NCBI GenBank assembly: GCA_965222075.1
Contig: OZ244937.1
Span: 3,840,001-3,904,000, forward strand
Reading direction: 5' to 3'
Length of the DNA: 64,000 bases
From: Candidatus Latescibacterota bacterium
Lineage (GTDB): Bacteria; Latescibacterota; UBA2968; GCA-2709665
The first letter of the stretch is position 1. The number at the start of each line of letters is the position of its first letter. The notes under the pieces are model-generated. The model saw nothing but the letters and a program-made list of their open reading frames with translations. It did not search any database and was not told the origin of the DNA. Position numbers and translations under genes: made by a program. Shown piece after piece: positions 61,266-64,000 of this stretch.

Positions 61266-62066
61266 TTAGATCACCTTACAGGTAATACCACCATCCACAA
61301 CAAGCTGTGTGCCGGTAATATATTTCGCTTCGTCAGAGGCTAAGAACAACGCCGCATAAGCCACATCCCAGGCATCGCCCATCTTCCCCGTAGGGCACTG
61401 GTTGTTCCGGATCTCGATCATCTTCTCCACATCCCCGTCCGCATAGAAATCAGTAAGTGCCTTGACAACCATGGGCGTGTTCATCAGCCCGGGCAGAATC
61501 GCGTTTGCCCGGATATTCTTTTTCGCGTACTGCAGCGCGATGGTCTGGGTAAGCTGGTTGATCGCCCCCTTGGTGGCGCTGTAAGAAACGTAGGGCACCC
61601 CCAGCCAGCGGATGGAAACGATGGAAGAGATATTCACAATCGCCCCGCCCCCCTGCTTTTCCATGTGCGGCAGAACGTATTTGCATGTCAGGAACATGCT
61701 CTTGAGATTGACATCGTTAACATGATCCCAGCTCTCCTCGCTGGTCTCCACACAGCCGCCAACCTCCAGAATACCCACATTGTTGTGGAGCACATCCACC
61801 CGGCCATAAATCTCAACACAGCGTGCTACCAGACCCTCAACCTCTTCGGCCTTGGAAACGTCCGCCCCGTGGGCTGTACATTCACTCCCTTCCCCATCGA
61901 TAATCTCCCTGGTCTCCTCAACGGCAGCGAGATTGATATCTACGGCGAAAACCTTCGCCCCCTCGCGTGCGAAGAGCACGGCCGTCGCCTTCCCGTTGCC
62001 CCAGCCCGGTCCGATCGACCCCGCGCCGGTCACAATCGCGACCCTGTCTTTCAAGCGGTCTCCCAT
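61266..62066 (-). CDS. SDR-family oxidoreductase
   Basis: TGAG...G.G, NNVG, SS, YSATK, VDGG. Confidence 0.93.
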   Translation of the reverse strand: MGDRLKDRVAIVTGAGSIGPGWGNGKATAVLFAREGAKVFAVDINLAAVEETREIIDGEGSECTAHGADVSKAEEVEGLVARCVEIYGRVDVLHNNVGILEVGGCVETSEESWDHVNDVNLKSMFLTCKYVLPHMEKQGGGAIVNISSIVSIRWLGVPYVSYSATKGAINQLTQTIALQYAKKNIRANAILPGLMNTPMVVKALTDFYADGDVEKMIEIRNNQCPTGKMGDAWDVAYAALFLASDEAKYITGTQLVVDGGITCKVI

Positions 62067-62095
62067 AGTGCCCTTTCTCGGCGTCAAATCTCTTC

Positions 62096-63619
62096 TCACT
62101 GAAGCCATTCACGCAGCTGAGTCTTCAGAATCTTCCCATAATTATTCTTGGGCAGGTGATCGACAAAACAATATGCCCGGGGGCGTTTAAAGCGTGCGAT
62201 ATTGTCCAGACAGAGCGTATCAAGCTCGTCTTCCGCCACCCCCCGGTCCGCTGCTCGAACGACAAAAGCAACCACTTCCTCTCCCCACTCCGGATGGGGC
62301 CGGCCGATCACCGACGCCTCCTGCACCCCCCCGTGCAGCAGCAGGACCTCCTCGACCTCCCGTGGATAGACGTTGGCCCCCCCGCTGATAATCAGATCGT
62401 TCGACCGATCTTTGAGTGTCAGAAAACCGTCCGCATCGAACACCCCCACATCGCCGGTGTGCAGCCAGCCCCCTTTCAGGGACCTCTCCGTCGCCTCCGG
62501 ATTGTCCCAGTACCCGGTCATCACCGAGTCGCCCCGTACCAGCACCTCCCCAAGCTCACCCGGGGGCAGCGGGCGGTCCTCCACGTCGCAAACGCGAACC
62601 TCAACCACCGTATGCGCGACCCCCACCGAGGCAAGGCGTTCCTCATACCGGGGATGGTCCGTATCGGCATGGTGCGCCTTCGACATCGCCGTGATCGTCA
62701 TCGGACTCTCGCCCTGGCCGTAGACCTGGACGAGTTTGCAGCCGAAACACGCCAGCGCCTGTTTCAGGTCCGCCACATACATGGGCCCTCCGCCGTACAC
62801 GAGGGTCTTGAGATTGGCAGTATCCACACGTCCATTGTCGGGATGGTCGACCAGCCGCTTCACCATGGTCGGAGCCATGAAAAAGCTCACCCCCTCATGC
62901 GCGGCGATCAGGTCGAAAATCTCCCCGGGATCGAATGTGCCGCTGGCCGGAATAACCTGCTTCGCCCCCTTGGCAACCTGGGGAAAATTGTACAGCCCGG
63001 AGCCGTGGGACAGGGGCGCTGCGTGGATAATACAGTCCTCAGGTGTAACGCGATCGATATCGGCGAAATAGCTCAGCGTCATCGCCATCAGGTTGCGGTG
63101 GCTCAGCATCGCCCCCTTCGGACGTCCCGTCGTACCGCTGGTGTAGAACAGCCAGGCCGTGTCGTCCGGCGCGCGGTCCTGCATCTCCACCGCATCCCCA
63201 CCAAACAGCGCGTCGTAGTCGGGGCTTGAAACACGGATGACATGCTCCAATGTCGGAATATCCCCCGAAAGCGGCCCAACCGTCTCCTCTAAATCCGGCG
63301 TGACAAAACAGCACCTGCTTCCGGAATTCTCAAGAATATACTGGAATTCGCGCTGATGCAGTCTGGCGTTGATCGGCACCGCACACAATCCGGCGTGCCA
63401 GGCCGCGTAGAGGATCTCGAGGAACGGTGCGCAATTCGCCATCGCCAGGGCGATGCGGTCGCCTGGCTCAAGCCGCAGCCGATCCTGGAATCGACCGGCC
63501 ATCGTCGCCACACGACGCGCGAGATCCCCGTAGGTGCAGTACAGATCTGCCCCCACCGCAATGGCGGGGTTCTCGCCGAAGGTGCACCCGGCTCCTACCA
63601 TAAGATTGGCAATATTCAT
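62096..63619 (-). CDS. AMP-forming acyl-CoA ligase
   Basis: YTSGTTGRPKG, YGQGE, TGD, R..DLIISGG.NVYP, GK. Confidence 0.93.
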   Translation of the reverse strand: MNIANLMVGAGCTFGENPAIAVGADLYCTYGDLARRVATMAGRFQDRLRLEPGDRIALAMANCAPFLEILYAAWHAGLCAVPINARLHQREFQYILENSGSRCCFVTPDLEETVGPLSGDIPTLEHVIRVSSPDYDALFGGDAVEMQDRAPDDTAWLFYTSGTTGRPKGAMLSHRNLMAMTLSYFADIDRVTPEDCIIHAAPLSHGSGLYNFPQVAKGAKQVIPASGTFDPGEIFDLIAAHEGVSFFMAPTMVKRLVDHPDNGRVDTANLKTLVYGGGPMYVADLKQALACFGCKLVQVYGQGESPMTITAMSKAHHADTDHPRYEERLASVGVAHTVVEVRVCDVEDRPLPPGELGEVLVRGDSVMTGYWDNPEATERSLKGGWLHTGDVGVFDADGFLTLKDRSNDLIISGGANVYPREVEEVLLLHGGVQEASVIGRPHPEWGEEVVAFVVRAADRGVAEDELDTLCLDNIARFKRPRAYCFVDHLPKNNYGKILKTQLREWLQ

Positions 63620-63669
63620 AGCACTCCACATTCAATTTGGAAAGCGCAACAACGCTCCAACGCCTGCCT

Positions 63670-64000
63670 TTAAAGCACCCACACAATCAAAAACGACGCC
63701 CCCACGTAGGAAAACGCCTCGATAAACCCCGCCCCCACGTTCGGCTTCTCCTGATTGGCGATCTCGTCCGACAGCCGCTGTCCCGGCAGCAGCACCTTGT
63801 CTGTGGCCACCCGCACGATTGGCAGCAGCACCAGCCCCAGCACCGCGTACCCGGCAAACCCCTGCAGGTCCACCGCCCAGGAGATAAAGTCCCCCGTCAC
63901 CGCGTGCCGCACAATATTTCCCAGCCCCACCAGCGCGCCTGCAAACGCCACGCCTGCGGCCGCGTTGTCCTGCTCGATCTCGGCATGGATACCATAAGGC
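63670..64000 (-). CDS. DUF350 (YjfL-like) membrane protein, truncated by window edge
   Basis: EI.QDN.AAG.AFAG and EI.NQ..PN.GAG..EA repeats. Confidence 0.75.
   Translation of the reverse strand, partial: PYGIHAEIEQDNAAAGVAFAGALVGLGNIVRHAVTGDFISWAVDLQGFAGYAVLGLVLLPIVRVATDKVLLPGQRLSDEIANQEKPNVGAGFIEAFSYVGASFLIVWVL

Overview
GC-rich bacterial chromosome segment. The PorV-like barrels, DUF3098, DUF5683 and receiver-less sigma54 activator suggest an FCB-affiliated lineage such as Latescibacterota or Gemmatimonadota (inference only). Most of the window is housekeeping: ispE-tRNAGln-rplY-pth-hppA-rpsF-rpsR-rplI; a TPR/sigma54-activator/DegP/M24 block; xerD, ogt, uvrC; hisGDCB; ffh-rpsP-rimM-trmD-rplS-tRNAVal; rpe; kdgK-eda-ROK; tgt-yajC-fmt; recJ; fabI. 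Three AT-richer islets stand out: a 2-TM protein with RQEG repeats and a strong internal ribosome-binding site (Rpn-like gene-within-gene layout), a Panacea antitoxin with a PemK/MazF-like partner, and hicBA next to tRNA-Val. At the right end, a YbjN-PspA-DUF4178 operon converges on a DUF350-[acyl-CoA ligase-SDR-thiolase]-spermidine synthase operon. Several small palindromic or MITE-like repeat families occur, including 33-bp palindromes lying in frame inside two genes. No CRISPR array, rRNA or intact transposase was seen. All product calls come from motif recognition, not database searches.
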